This document shows positions 1 to 9,609 of a stretch of DNA of 36,109 bases, piece after piece. The stretch covers positions 1 to 36,109 of the IMG/VR virus record IMGVR_UViG_3300033273_000066; one strand, written 5' to 3'. A program made the position numbers and the translations under genes. This DNA comes from a virus. The notes beneath the pieces are model-generated. The model was not told where the DNA came from. It did no database searches and saw nothing but the letters and a program-made list of their open reading frames with translations. Position 1 is the first letter of the stretch; each line of letters opens with the position of its first letter.

Positions 1-141
1 CACTGCTATTAAGTCTGTAATTTTGAAAGACTATAACTACTTCTCGTGTGCCTGACATACCTGTTACTGTAGCGTTGTGATTTTGTAGTCCTGACCAAGT
101 AAAATCACCACCCGCAGAAATATCACCAGAGCCAAGAATAC
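1..141. repeat. Terminal direct repeat, copy 1 (identical to 35969..36109)
   Basis: Read base by base: 1..141 equals 35969..36109 with no mismatch, so the unique genome length is 35,968 bp. Confidence 0.95.
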
Positions 142-229
142 TTGTGCTATTAATGGTTTTTAGTCCAGTAACGTTTTGTAGAACCCTACTGTTATCAATG
201 ACGGTTGTACCGCCTACCTGTATCGCCAT
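1..229 (-). CDS. 5' part of a 188-aa tail-fibre-like gene that crosses the window junction and continues at 35968..35631
   Basis: ATG at 229..227 is preceded by AAAGGA. It reads MAIQVGGTTVIDNSRVLQNVTGLKTINSTSILGSGDISAGGDFTWSGLQNHNATVTG, then runs in frame into MSGTREV of the 35631..36026 ORF. 229+338 nt = 567 nt = 189 codons. Confidence 0.7.
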   Translation of the reverse strand, partial: MAIQVGGTTVIDNSRVLQNVTGLKTINSTSILGSGDISAGGDFTWSGLQNHNATVTGMSGTREVVIVFQNYRLNSS

Positions 230-247
230 CTTCGTGTCCTTTCACTA

Positions 248-2104
248 TTAGCGTTTCAGTTCTTCTATTTCGGCTTTCAGTTCCTTGATCGCCTCTACCA
301 AGTGACCAATCATCCCAACGTAATTGATTGACTTGATCCCTGTTTCTTCGTCCGTTTGCACAACGTCTGGTAAGATTGGCTCTACCTGTTGAGCAATAAA
401 GCCATGACCGCGTGTGCCTGTGTCTTTCCAATCAAACGACACGCCTTCAAGCTGCGTGATGTCAGACAGCGCATTTGCGATAGGCTCTACGTTTTCTTTT
501 AGTCGCGCGTCCGATGTGCTGTTCAAATCACCAGTGACAAGCACATGCGGTGAGCTGTTTTTGACTTCGAGGCGCTCTGAGCCTCCAACAACAACACGCC
601 ACTGATCTGCGTTGTGAAACTGCATGTAGGTGTTGGTGTCGCCATGATGATAGAATATGTCACATCCGTAGATGTCATAGTTGTTCATATCTAAATGACG
701 CGCCATTTCCATGTAAGTGGTGCCTGTGGTGAAATTGGCTGTGCCGTTTGCATATAACGTTACACCACCGTTTTCTTGCATTTGCATATGCCAGTCGCCG
801 TTTTCGTCGTCGTAAAGGCCAGCGGTAGAACCATCAGTCATGAACGACCAACGGCCTTCATTGGAGCTATTGCGAATTTGTAGACCGCCCCATGTAGAGG
901 TATTTGAGGTAATCTGTAATAAATCAGCGCGGTCTGAACTTTCAGCCAATGTTACGCCCGATCCAAACGTAGCAGAAGTTAACGATGGCGTTGACGACAT
1001 ATTGAATGTAATCGTTTCGTTCGAGCTTTGGTTCGTAGTGAAGTTACCGCCGCCACTAAGCCCCGTCCCCGCGCTGAGTGTTATGGTTGCGTTGTTGGCA
1101 GCCGCTGGGATCGACAATGCTTTCGATGTCAGCCCAGTGACGTGACCGTATGTGTCTAGCGTTACATCCTGAATGACAGTGTTTCCGCTGTTATTTACGG
1201 ATGCCTGTGATGATGTGTCAGTGTGACTGAATGTGGTGCCAGATAGCGACAAGCCAGATCCCGCGCTATACGTCGTATTGGTGTCAGTATCTGTCCATGG
1301 AACATTGACGTACATCTGCCCACTTGACAATTCAACAGGGTAATTCTTCCCGTTTTCAGTGTAGCCAATTTTAACCAAGCCTAATGTGCTAGACGTAGCT
1401 GTGCTATACGTTGTGTTGTTGTCCGTCCAAGGGACATTCACATACATCTTTTCGCTAGATAGTTCGACAGGGTAGTTTTTGCCGTTTTCAGTGTAACCAA
1501 CCTTCACACCACCGCGCGTAGATGATGACGCTAGTGGCAATGAATAGTTGTTCGCATTTGTAGCAATGCCATTTAGCTTAGTGTGATCAGCGTCAGTGAA
1601 AACATTACTATCAGTGGCGCTTTCTACCAATGATCGTATCTCTGCCGCTGTCTGATCCGCTGTCGCACCGCTTTCAATGCCATCTAGTTTAGAACCATCA
1701 GTCGCAACATCACGGCCATCAACCGTGCCAGTGACGCTGATGTTCCCTGTCACCGATGCCCCTGTAGACGACACAGTAACCTTGTCAGAGCCGCTGTGCT
1801 GCAAGCGGTTCATATCTGCTGCGACAGCCGTGATCGAAACTGTAGCCTGTCCCGCAAGCGTTATAGCTGCATCGCTGTTGCTACTTTCTGTCGGGGTGCG
1901 TGAAAGAGTTGTGCCTGATGACGTATATGTGCCTGTGCCGATCTCAAAGTTTGAGCCTTCTTCGATCACATATTGAACAACATCACCATTTGCCACACCA
2001 GCATCAGCAAAAGACTGAAAGCCGTTAGAGGCACTGCCAAGCGTAATGGTGCCAGTGCCAGTGGTGGATGTTGTCATCTTGGCTCTGTTGAAAAGTTTAG
2101 CCAT
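248..2104 (-). CDS. Tail fibre/spike with C-terminal peptidase S74 intramolecular-chaperone domain
   Basis: 618 aa. The last 88 aa (SDARLKENVEPI...GFIAQQVEPILPDVV...LVEAIKELKAEIEELKR) carry the SDxRxK autoproteolysis motif typical of S74 domains. The shaft is Gly/Thr/Ser-rich and there is an internal 43-aa tandem duplication. Confidence 0.85.
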   Translation of the reverse strand: MAKLFNRAKMTTSTTGTGTITLGSASNGFQSFADAGVANGDVVQYVIEEGSNFEIGTGTYTSSGTTLSRTPTESSNSDAAITLAGQATVSITAVAADMNRLQHSGSDKVTVSSTGASVTGNISVTGTVDGRDVATDGSKLDGIESGATADQTAAEIRSLVESATDSNVFTDADHTKLNGIATNANNYSLPLASSSTRGGVKVGYTENGKNYPVELSSEKMYVNVPWTDNNTTYSTATSSTLGLVKIGYTENGKNYPVELSSGQMYVNVPWTDTDTNTTYSAGSGLSLSGTTFSHTDTSSQASVNNSGNTVIQDVTLDTYGHVTGLTSKALSIPAAANNATITLSAGTGLSGGGNFTTNQSSNETITFNMSSTPSLTSATFGSGVTLAESSDRADLLQITSNTSTWGGLQIRNSSNEGRWSFMTDGSTAGLYDDENGDWHMQMQENGGVTLYANGTANFTTGTTYMEMARHLDMNNYDIYGCDIFYHHGDTNTYMQFHNADQWRVVVGGSERLEVKNSSPHVLVTGDLNSTSDARLKENVEPIANALSDITQLEGVSFDWKDTGTRGHGFIAQQVEPILPDVVQTDEETGIKSINYVGMIGHLVEAIKELKAEIEELKR

Positions 2105-2116
2105 GATGACCCTCCA

Positions 2117-2548
2117 TTATGCCATTGTTAGGATGCCATTTGATCCGATGTCGATTGTGAATGTGTCACCATCGTTTAGGGTCAGTGACGCACCATAATC
2201 GTAATAACCAATCACAGGATCGGCTGGTGATGTTGGGGTGTCGTTATAAATCACAACGTAACGGAACGCCGCGACTGATCCACCTGATGCTGTTAGCGTC
2301 AAGTCATCCGCTGACAGCTTGTATGTGCCTGATGTCTGCGTTGATGTCACGTTCGCCAGTGTGCGCGACGACAAGTTGGTGTAGCTGATCTCTGAGATGT
2401 TCGCCAAGATACCGTTGCCATCACCAGTAACGTCTGTGCCTGATGTCGGGTCTGTGTTTGACAATGCGACTTTTAGCGTATCGCTGTCCAAGTCCATTGC
2501 GTTCGCCATGTTTTTGACGAAATCGTTTACCTTTGTAAAACTGGCCAT
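2117..2548 (-). CDS. Virion-module protein of unknown function (143 aa)
   Basis: ORF tightly packed between the adaptor-like gene and the fibre gene, with a 1-nt overlap at 2548. No motif recognised. Confidence 0.6.
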   Translation of the reverse strand: MASFTKVNDFVKNMANAMDLDSDTLKVALSNTDPTSGTDVTGDGNGILANISEISYTNLSSRTLANVTSTQTSGTYKLSADDLTLTASGGSVAAFRYVVIYNDTPTSPADPVIGYYDYGASLTLNDGDTFTIDIGSNGILTMA

Positions 2549-3165
2549 TAGAAACTCCTAATTCTCATTCTGTGGCCTGCGCCACTGGCTTTGGCTTTAT
2601 CATCTTCCATGTTTATACCATCTATAGCGTTTTTATACAACGACGCCCAAATGGTAGTGCGCTGATCTTCACCAAGATAAGGCGCCGCGGCTGCCAAAGC
2701 TCCGTAAAGATATGCGTCTGGGCTGTATGTCAAAACCCAGTTAGTGGAAGTTGATGCAGATAATGTGTCAATCCGGCTGTAGTACACCATCTCCATGGTA
2801 TAGTTTTGGTCGGGGATCGGATAAACCTCTAAAGATCCGTCAACCAGCGCATAGTGTGTAGGTGTGCCCGCGGTTTCGCTTGTCGCGCGCTTATCCATAA
2901 GCTCGCTGTTTGTGATCAGCTCCAGACGCTGCACAGACGGCGTGGTAAGCATGATCCGCACAGCCTCTACAAAGTCCGTAGGAAGCGCTGTGTACTGCGT
3001 GTCTACAGTTGCATTCGAGCGACGTTCCATGCGCCAGTGGCGTAGCTTGCGATTCATGTCAGCTTCCGCCAGCGAAATAAACGTCGGGATCACCGACGTC
3101 AGGTCATCGCGATTTAGGAAGTCTGCTATGGATGACTTCAGCTCGTCATATGTGGTGATACTCAC
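2548..3165 (-). CDS. Putative head-tail adaptor / head completion protein (205 aa)
   Basis: Lies downstream of the capsid gene. The N-terminus (YDELKSSIADFLNRDDLTSVIPTFISLAEADMNRKL) resembles connector/adaptor families from memory. Not verified. Confidence 0.4.
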   Translation of the reverse strand: MSITTYDELKSSIADFLNRDDLTSVIPTFISLAEADMNRKLRHWRMERRSNATVDTQYTALPTDFVEAVRIMLTTPSVQRLELITNSELMDKRATSETAGTPTHYALVDGSLEVYPIPDQNYTMEMVYYSRIDTLSASTSTNWVLTYSPDAYLYGALAAAAPYLGEDQRTTIWASLYKNAIDGINMEDDKAKASGAGHRMRIRSF

Positions 3166-3467
3166 AGCGTACCTTCCATTGTTCTAAACACTCGGTTGTC
3201 GCTATCGTTTAACCACTGCTTCAACTTTTTAGGGTCGTCCGCAATGCCGCGACGTTTGAGGTCATAATACACGTTTAATGGTATTGACGCTACCCTTGGT
3301 AATTCACCCATGCGATCGGGCGAATTGTTGTAATATCGTTTGTTCTGATCGGCTATGGCTGTGACGTCTTGCTGAGTCTCAATCACGTATTCCCCTTTGT
3401 CAGTGACGTGCCAGTATTGCGTGATGCCGGTTAGGGGATCGTGTCCAAATAGTCGTTTTTGAGGCAT
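3162..3467 (-). CDS. Hypothetical protein (101 aa) between capsid and adaptor-like genes
   Basis: ORF with a 4-nt overlap to the next gene, on the same strand as the late operon. Confidence 0.6.
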   Translation of the reverse strand: MPQKRLFGHDPLTGITQYWHVTDKGEYVIETQQDVTAIADQNKRYYNNSPDRMGELPRVASIPLNVYYDLKRRGIADDPKKLKQWLNDSDNRVFRTMEGTL

Positions 3468-3488
3468 GTTAATCTCCCAGAGGGTGAA

Positions 3489-3508
3489 AGGGCGACCGAA
3501 GCCGCCCT
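3489..3508 (-). terminator. Hairpin just after the capsid gene (possible partial terminator or mRNA stabiliser)
   Basis: AGGGCG / CGCCCT stem with an 8-nt loop, 7 nt after the capsid stop. Only a weak T tract follows on the minus strand. Confidence 0.35.
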
Positions 3509-3514
3509 AACTTA

Positions 3515-4468
3515 TTAAGATACGTTCAAGTCAGCTACGACGCCGTGTGCAGCCTCATTGGTTACCTTAAGCCCGAATTCAGCGAGCACCATGGATTTCT
3601 CGGCATCGCCTGTTTTCGATAAGCTCACGTTCTGGATTGGACGTAGGTAGCATACAGATGCATACTCTGGGTCCAGTAGATACGCTGTGCGCTCTGGGCT
3701 AAAGCGGTTTGCAACCACGTTTAGCGTCCCGAAGTCTGACAGATACACGTCAGCCGCACCGATGATTGTTGTCGGTGAATCTGATGGCGCTTGGTAACGC
3801 TGTGCTGCGATACCCGCGAAACCTGACACGACAGTTTTATTGTGTGGACCAACCATCAAGATTGAAGGCTGACCGCCGGATGTAAATGCTTGCTGCATTA
3901 CGTCCTTAACCATCGCTTCAGTTAGGTCACGCTGTGTGCCGTCTGTACGAGCTGTAGCACCGTTACCAGTAGCCAAAGCGCCGCCTGTACCTGCGCTCGC
4001 GTTTGTCGCGATCCACGCGCCCAAGCCGCCTGTTTCACGCGCTGTGGAAGAGTTACCCGCCACTTGTGCGTTGTTCGCAGTCAAAGTTGCTTCGATATCG
4101 CGGCGAAGCTCTTTACCGCGCTTAGCGATTTGGTAGCTTAGTTCGTCGTTGCGGCCCGCAGTGTCTAGCGCTGAGAAGTTGTCTGCAACGATAGTTGTGC
4201 GGCGTAGAATGTGTGTGTAGTTGCCAACACGAGTAGTCGCAGATGTTGCGTCGAATGATGACACGTCATCCCCATCGATTACCGCGGTTGTACTTGTTGA
4301 GGCAAGTGTATCGGTCTGCCACTCGAAGTATGTGTTGGACACATTTTCTGAGCCTACGTTAGACTGAAATGGCACCTCTTCTGGAGAGATGTTTGAAATG
4401 ATATCTGCGAGCGATTCACGGATACCAACACCACTGTGTGATGTGAATGTATTTGCTACGATTGCCAT
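3515..4468 (-). CDS. Major capsid protein (HK97 fold, SU10/DUF5309-like)
   Basis: 317 aa. It follows the scaffold gene. The sequence (ESLADIISNISPEEVPFQSNVG...YFEWQTD...ELSYQIAKRGKELRRDIE) looks like the SU10-type capsid family. Confidence 0.85.
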   Translation of the reverse strand: MAIVANTFTSHSGVGIRESLADIISNISPEEVPFQSNVGSENVSNTYFEWQTDTLASTSTTAVIDGDDVSSFDATSATTRVGNYTHILRRTTIVADNFSALDTAGRNDELSYQIAKRGKELRRDIEATLTANNAQVAGNSSTARETGGLGAWIATNASAGTGGALATGNGATARTDGTQRDLTEAMVKDVMQQAFTSGGQPSILMVGPHNKTVVSGFAGIAAQRYQAPSDSPTTIIGAADVYLSDFGTLNVVANRFSPERTAYLLDPEYASVCYLRPIQNVSLSKTGDAEKSMVLAEFGLKVTNEAAHGVVADLNVS

Positions 4469-4477
4469 AATGGCCTC

Positions 4478-5479
4478 CTAGAGTAACGATTTAATTGCGG
4501 CCGCGGCATCTTGCACGCGACCAGTTTGACGTGCGCGCTGTAGCGCTTGTTGTTGCTCTGACGACGGCTTAGGCTGTGATCCACGAGAGCCAGCTTTGAG
4601 TGTCTTGGCCTTCTGCGTCCGCGGCTTTTTCTTCGCCTCGGTTGCGCGTGTCTGACCCTTATCATACAACATCGCTTTCCTCGCTAACTTCACAAGCGTA
4701 GCATTCTGTAGGCCGTTGACATCCTGTTCTGTGAAACCTTCGCCAAGAAGGAAAGCACGAATGTCTTTTGCCTCTTTTGACGCGACTTTGCTGTCACGCC
4801 ATTCAGGAATGATCTCTGGCAGAACCTGACGCTGTTCCTCGAAATATCGAGCCTGCATCTGTTCCATGCGTTGCTGCTCTAGTTGAGCCATACGCTGACG
4901 TTCAGCTTGGACTGCCTCAAGTTGAGCTGCGCGCTCTTCTTGCTGCTTTCTCCACTGACGCTCTGCCTTCGCTGCCATCGTGGGGTCTGTGTCATACAGT
5001 GTATCCCAGTCGGGCTCCTGTTCAGCCGGTTGCATCAAACGCTCCTGCAGCGCAGGTAGCATCTGTGCGTATTGAGCACGTTCACGCTGTATCTCTTCGT
5101 TCTGGCTTTCCACCTGACGGCGAAGCTCTGCCAGCTCTTGAGTTTTGCGTGTATAATCCCGTTGCCTTAGTCGATCGCGTTTTAGCTCTTCAACGGTAAT
5201 CTCTTCTCCATCTACCTCGACCTTTGCCGAAAGTATGTCGAAAGATGCGTCGTCAAACTCCTCCGCTTCTTCTGCAGCTTCGAAATCGCCTTCGTCCTCT
5301 GAAGCGTACTCTTGATCGTACTCTTCTTCGTACTCTGGCATTTCGGCTTCCGCCTCGACGGCTTCTGCCTCAAGCGCCTCAGTGGCTGTCGCGGTATCCT
5401 CTTGGGGCGCAATCAAGTCTCTGATGGCATTTTGTGCGGTGTACAGATCAGTCCCTAGTGGGGTATTGGCTTCTGACAT
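4478..5479 (-). CDS. Scaffolding protein
   Basis: 333 aa with a very acidic N-terminal third, a long Glu/Gln/Arg-rich coiled-coil region and a basic C-terminus. Sits between portal and capsid. Confidence 0.7.
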   Translation of the reverse strand: MSEANTPLGTDLYTAQNAIRDLIAPQEDTATATEALEAEAVEAEAEMPEYEEEYDQEYASEDEGDFEAAEEAEEFDDASFDILSAKVEVDGEEITVEELKRDRLRQRDYTRKTQELAELRRQVESQNEEIQRERAQYAQMLPALQERLMQPAEQEPDWDTLYDTDPTMAAKAERQWRKQQEERAAQLEAVQAERQRMAQLEQQRMEQMQARYFEEQRQVLPEIIPEWRDSKVASKEAKDIRAFLLGEGFTEQDVNGLQNATLVKLARKAMLYDKGQTRATEAKKKPRTQKAKTLKAGSRGSQPKPSSEQQQALQRARQTGRVQDAAAAIKSLL

Positions 5480-5502
5480 TGCTATAACTCCATATTATGC
5501 GA

Positions 5503-5748
5503 TCATTTCTGCTTTTTTTCAATAGTCGCATTATCTTCCATTGCACGCAGCTTTTGGCGGAACGCCTGAACGCCGCGCAGTTTCATGTAGATGTCCTCGC
5601 GGGCATCCTTATCGCCGGTGTTCGTTGCCTTAAACTCCTCCCAGCAATCCTGCTCTGTCTCATCCAGAAAACGGATAAGGTCAGTATCACGTAAAAGACG
5701 GGCAGCCTCCTGCCCGTCGTCTATGATTTGTTGTTTACTCTTCACCAT
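5503..5748 (-). CDS. Hypothetical protein (81 aa) between portal and scaffold
   Basis: ORF overlapping the portal end by 14 nt. Confidence 0.55.
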   Translation of the reverse strand: MVKSKQQIIDDGQEAARLLRDTDLIRFLDETEQDCWEEFKATNTGDKDAREDIYMKLRGVQAFRQKLRAMEDNATIEKKQK

Positions 5749-7861
5749 CTATTCCACTTTTGATGATTTCCGATTGTGCCTTCATCACTTCCCTATTGAT
5801 CGCCAACTCCGATCGGATCTTCTCGACGTTAAGCTGCGTGCCGTACTTCGCCTGCAACTCTTGCGCCTTGACATAAAGGTTTGCGTCTAGCTCGTCGCGC
5901 TGGCGGTCGTCGTTCATGACCATTTTCTGACGTTCCAATTCTAGCTCGGCTGCCTTTTTCTGGATGTCCGCTTGGATCTGTTGGATCTGCACGTTGATCA
6001 ACTGCTCGTTGATGTCCGGCTTGTCCTCTTCTGGTGGCGGCGTAAACTTGGTCGGGTCTGACCAGAATTGTGATGCATCCTTGAAGCCCGCAAGCTCGGT
6101 CATCGCCTTTAGCGTATTTGATAACTTGACCATGTCGGTCAACGGATTGACCGGACCCATCTGTTGGATCGCTTCTTTTTGCATCTCGCCAATCTGTCGC
6201 ATCATCATCATGCGCTCGGTGTCAGTACCGCGGCCAAGTGCGACGTTGACCGAAACATCCATGTCAGCGTTCCATACCGCCGGATCGATCGGCACAAACT
6301 CGTTCGACAGGCGAACCATGCGCGGACGATCCTGATGCTTTGTGATCAACTGCAGCACGATTTTGTAAAGCTGCTTCATGCCTGTCTCTGCAAAGATGCG
6401 CGCGATGATTTCAATGTGTTGCTGAGCGGCGCTGATAGTCGCGTTTACCGCAGATGCGGTAGATGACTGCAACGCACCCGCATCCAAGCCTGCAGACGCC
6501 TTTGAGATGCCTGTGCGGGCCTCTTTGATCTGGTCCATGTATTGCAACACAGGGAACGCCTCGCGGCCAACGAACGGCATAGACAGTGGCTGCACCTGAC
6601 CGGCTGTGCGCTGGCGAATAATTGCGCCAACCTCAGTGTTCATCACGTCTTCCAGATTGACCATGCCCTCGGTCACAGCGATGCGTGGGTGGATAGACAT
6701 AGACAAGCTGTCCAACGTGTTACGCATGATCGATGACTTGATGCGCTGAATATCCATCACAGTGTCAGCGACAGACATACCAAAGAAGTCGTGCGCCTCT
6801 GGATCTGGGCAGAACACGGCGAACGGCACCATGTCGATTGGCTCGTTCATGAGGATCGTGTGGCCGTCACCGCCGGTGCAAATCTTGCGCAACTCCGCGA
6901 TACCGTCACCGTCGTAATCCACGCGGATGTAATTTTCGACGTAGAGCACTTTCTTCATTGCTGGATCGCTGCGCTCATTCATCTCGTTAGAGAGTGCACG
7001 ATTTCGGGTGTTGCGCTCAATGTTTGTCTCCATGTCATCGTAGGCTGCGCCTAGCGTTGACACTTCGTCATAATCGTAGCCCATGGCCACTAGGTCAGAC
7101 ACGGTCAAGATGCGACGGTGCGCGACGTAGTCGGCCTCCTCCAAAGATTTGGCTTCACGGCTAATTAAGAATTCTTCCGGCGGCACGGCCTCTAGCTTCA
7201 CGCGTCCGTCTGGGTGCGTGTAGGTTACGCGTGCTGCGTGGATCGCAGGGGGCGGGATGATCTGGCCAGACATAGGATCGATCTGCGGCTCTCCAACCAT
7301 CTCTGACTGCACGATTTCAACGTCCGCGCTTGGGTCCGCCATAAGAGCGTTTAGCGCGTTGTCGTCAATGCCGGTAAAGTCATGCGTTTCAAATTTCGTC
7401 TGGTCGTCCCAGTAGCACTTCAGAATCCCAGCCTTGCGGATCAGCGCGTCCTTGAACGCGGCGTGCATGTGCATGAACCCGTTGTTGTCGCGGTTGATGA
7501 TATAGTTGGCATAATCTGTCGCCTGCTTCGCTGCAGCGACATCCTCTGGACCCTGTGGCACATATTCGACTGTGCGCTCGGTGCTGTGGAAGATGCGCAT
7601 AAGAGACGGCATGATCGCCTGTACGGTATCCCGTACGTCCATGCTGACAACTGAGCTGCGCCCTTCTTCTTCATCGCCAAACGGCTCGCCGCGGTAGTAT
7701 TGCGTCGCTGTCGCGCGTACCGGCGAGATCCAGTTGTCGATGTAGTCTTGCGCGTCTTCGATCTCTTTACCAACGATACCCTGCAGCTCGTCGTCGTCCA
7801 TTTGGTTTGGATTTAGCTCGGCCTGCAGTGCAAGCGCCATTTCATTTGTTTCGTAGTCCAT
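5735..7861 (-). CDS. Portal protein
   Basis: 708 aa. The N-terminal region (SPVRATATQYYRGEPFGDEEEGRSSVVSMDVRDTV) is portal-like. The long C-terminal helical region resembles the P22-type barrel. Lies upstream of scaffold and capsid. Confidence 0.85.
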   Translation of the reverse strand: MDYETNEMALALQAELNPNQMDDDELQGIVGKEIEDAQDYIDNWISPVRATATQYYRGEPFGDEEEGRSSVVSMDVRDTVQAIMPSLMRIFHSTERTVEYVPQGPEDVAAAKQATDYANYIINRDNNGFMHMHAAFKDALIRKAGILKCYWDDQTKFETHDFTGIDDNALNALMADPSADVEIVQSEMVGEPQIDPMSGQIIPPPAIHAARVTYTHPDGRVKLEAVPPEEFLISREAKSLEEADYVAHRRILTVSDLVAMGYDYDEVSTLGAAYDDMETNIERNTRNRALSNEMNERSDPAMKKVLYVENYIRVDYDGDGIAELRKICTGGDGHTILMNEPIDMVPFAVFCPDPEAHDFFGMSVADTVMDIQRIKSSIMRNTLDSLSMSIHPRIAVTEGMVNLEDVMNTEVGAIIRQRTAGQVQPLSMPFVGREAFPVLQYMDQIKEARTGISKASAGLDAGALQSSTASAVNATISAAQQHIEIIARIFAETGMKQLYKIVLQLITKHQDRPRMVRLSNEFVPIDPAVWNADMDVSVNVALGRGTDTERMMMMRQIGEMQKEAIQQMGPVNPLTDMVKLSNTLKAMTELAGFKDASQFWSDPTKFTPPPEEDKPDINEQLINVQIQQIQADIQKKAAELELERQKMVMNDDRQRDELDANLYVKAQELQAKYGTQLNVEKIRSELAINREVMKAQSEIIKSGIDGEE

Positions 7862-7869
7862 GCTTATTC

Positions 7870-9609
7870 CTACTGATTGAACTTGCGCCAGTATTCGTTG
7901 TACAGACCGATTTCATCGATCATTTGCTGGTCGGCTGGTTGAATTAAACTTGTGTGGCCCATCATGAATGAACGCTGGTCACCTGATGGCGCAGTGTACT
8001 TGAAGCCGTCGGTGTACCCTCGACGCGCGTTCATCCAATCTCTAAATGTAATTGCCGCAGGGATCTGCACCTCTAAGCTACCGTCGTATTCACCTAAAAT
8101 GCCTCTTGGATATATAGGGTGCTTAGAATCCGACTGCACGCCTGTACCTAAGATTGGGCGCCCAATGTTAAGACCTGTGTCAAACGGGTTAGCGAATAAA
8201 AGATCCGGATCAGTTAGAGCAATGCGACCTTCACCCATAGGAATGCCGGCGTCGCGGAATTCTTTACTATCAATAGCTTGCCAAACCGCCCTGCGGTTTG
8301 ATCCGTTTAAAGCGTCGAAGTCGGCTTCCACGCCGTCTAACAGGCTGATCATATTCCGTCGGCTATTTCCGCCGCTAACAAAATTTTCCAGTGAGAAATC
8401 CTGATCTGTAAAGTCTTTAGACGCGACCAACTTTTGGGCAAGGATATTACGCAAACGCGGGTCGATATCTACATTCCTAATGTAGTCGCGCATCATTTCG
8501 TCAGTTGCAAAGTCAGACGCCTGTCCACCCATTGTGCCGTAAACAAGACGCGGATTTCCTGCTTGGCCTGCACGTTCTAAAGTTTGCACGAGTGAATTTA
8601 CAACTTTATCATCTGACGCCCAAATGCGATCATTAATACCATCACGTATGTATCCAGACCCGCCATACTTCGAGACTGGATTATCAAGCATTTGGCCAGA
8701 GAACCCAAGAATGTCTGTGTCTGCAACCATGCGGTCACCGAATGCAGGCACTAACATATCGCCAACTTTGATCTGCGTGTTCCTACGGGCGTTTGCCTCG
8801 TTACGCTTACGCGTCACAGTCTTTTGCTCTTCAATCGCCGTATTCATACGCACGTTAGAGGCTGGGTGGTTGTGGGTTAGTCCGGTTTTACGATCAGGCT
8901 TGATGTTGTTTATGCGATTGCCAAATTTATCGAACTGTGACGCCATAGCTTCGAGGGCGGCAGGAATAGCTCGACCCTTTTCATCACGTAGGCCAATATT
9001 AGATTCTAATTGAGCTATTAGGCTTGGCTCATATCCACGCACCGCGACGCGATCAACACCAGCAATCTTATTGGGATTTTTAGCAGCGCTCAAACTCTGA
9101 GCCGTACCGCCACGCTGCAACACCTCACCAACGCCTTCCAAGTCACCTTGCGCGACAGCTCGGATCAGGCCACGCGCGTCAGCTCCAACAGCATTGTCGG
9201 CCGCGCGTATCGCTGACGCTGTGCCTTTGACCGCCGGAACCACAGATGCGACGTTCGTGATGTCCGCAAGAAACGCCTCGTTAGCGTCGCGGATCTGTTC
9301 GTATGTGGCATCTTTCAGATCAACGCCTTCTGGCAGGTACGCAGCGGCCCCACCAGACGCGCTTTTAGCTGATGACGCAATACCTGTCGCAGTATCCTTA
9401 ATCGTCCCTATGGGGTCTTGTACGGCGCCTATGACGCTGTCTAGGGCACCGCTACCGATCGCCTTAGCTGTGCCAATCGGATCTTCGCGAAATGCGCGCC
9501 CCAGTAACTCACCGGTCGTGTCGTATCCATCGTCAAATCCGATGACGTTATCCAGAAGCGAATATCCTAGATTGCCTGCGTTTCTGAGGTATCGATTAAA
9601 GTCGACCAT
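7870..9609 (-). CDS. Large late-operon protein of unknown function (579 aa)
   Basis: Long ORF immediately upstream of the portal. No catalytic motif recognised. Confidence 0.6.
   Translation of the reverse strand: MVDFNRYLRNAGNLGYSLLDNVIGFDDGYDTTGELLGRAFREDPIGTAKAIGSGALDSVIGAVQDPIGTIKDTATGIASSAKSASGGAAAYLPEGVDLKDATYEQIRDANEAFLADITNVASVVPAVKGTASAIRAADNAVGADARGLIRAVAQGDLEGVGEVLQRGGTAQSLSAAKNPNKIAGVDRVAVRGYEPSLIAQLESNIGLRDEKGRAIPAALEAMASQFDKFGNRINNIKPDRKTGLTHNHPASNVRMNTAIEEQKTVTRKRNEANARRNTQIKVGDMLVPAFGDRMVADTDILGFSGQMLDNPVSKYGGSGYIRDGINDRIWASDDKVVNSLVQTLERAGQAGNPRLVYGTMGGQASDFATDEMMRDYIRNVDIDPRLRNILAQKLVASKDFTDQDFSLENFVSGGNSRRNMISLLDGVEADFDALNGSNRRAVWQAIDSKEFRDAGIPMGEGRIALTDPDLLFANPFDTGLNIGRPILGTGVQSDSKHPIYPRGILGEYDGSLEVQIPAAITFRDWMNARRGYTDGFKYTAPSGDQRSFMMGHTSLIQPADQQMIDEIGLYNEYWRKFNQ

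Noticed and set aside
195-431. 78-aa minus-strand ORF overlapping the end of the S74 fibre gene
   Set aside because: It is an alternative frame inside a motif-supported gene, with Arg-rich nonsense-like composition. The real gene starting in this area is the junction-spanning one at 229.
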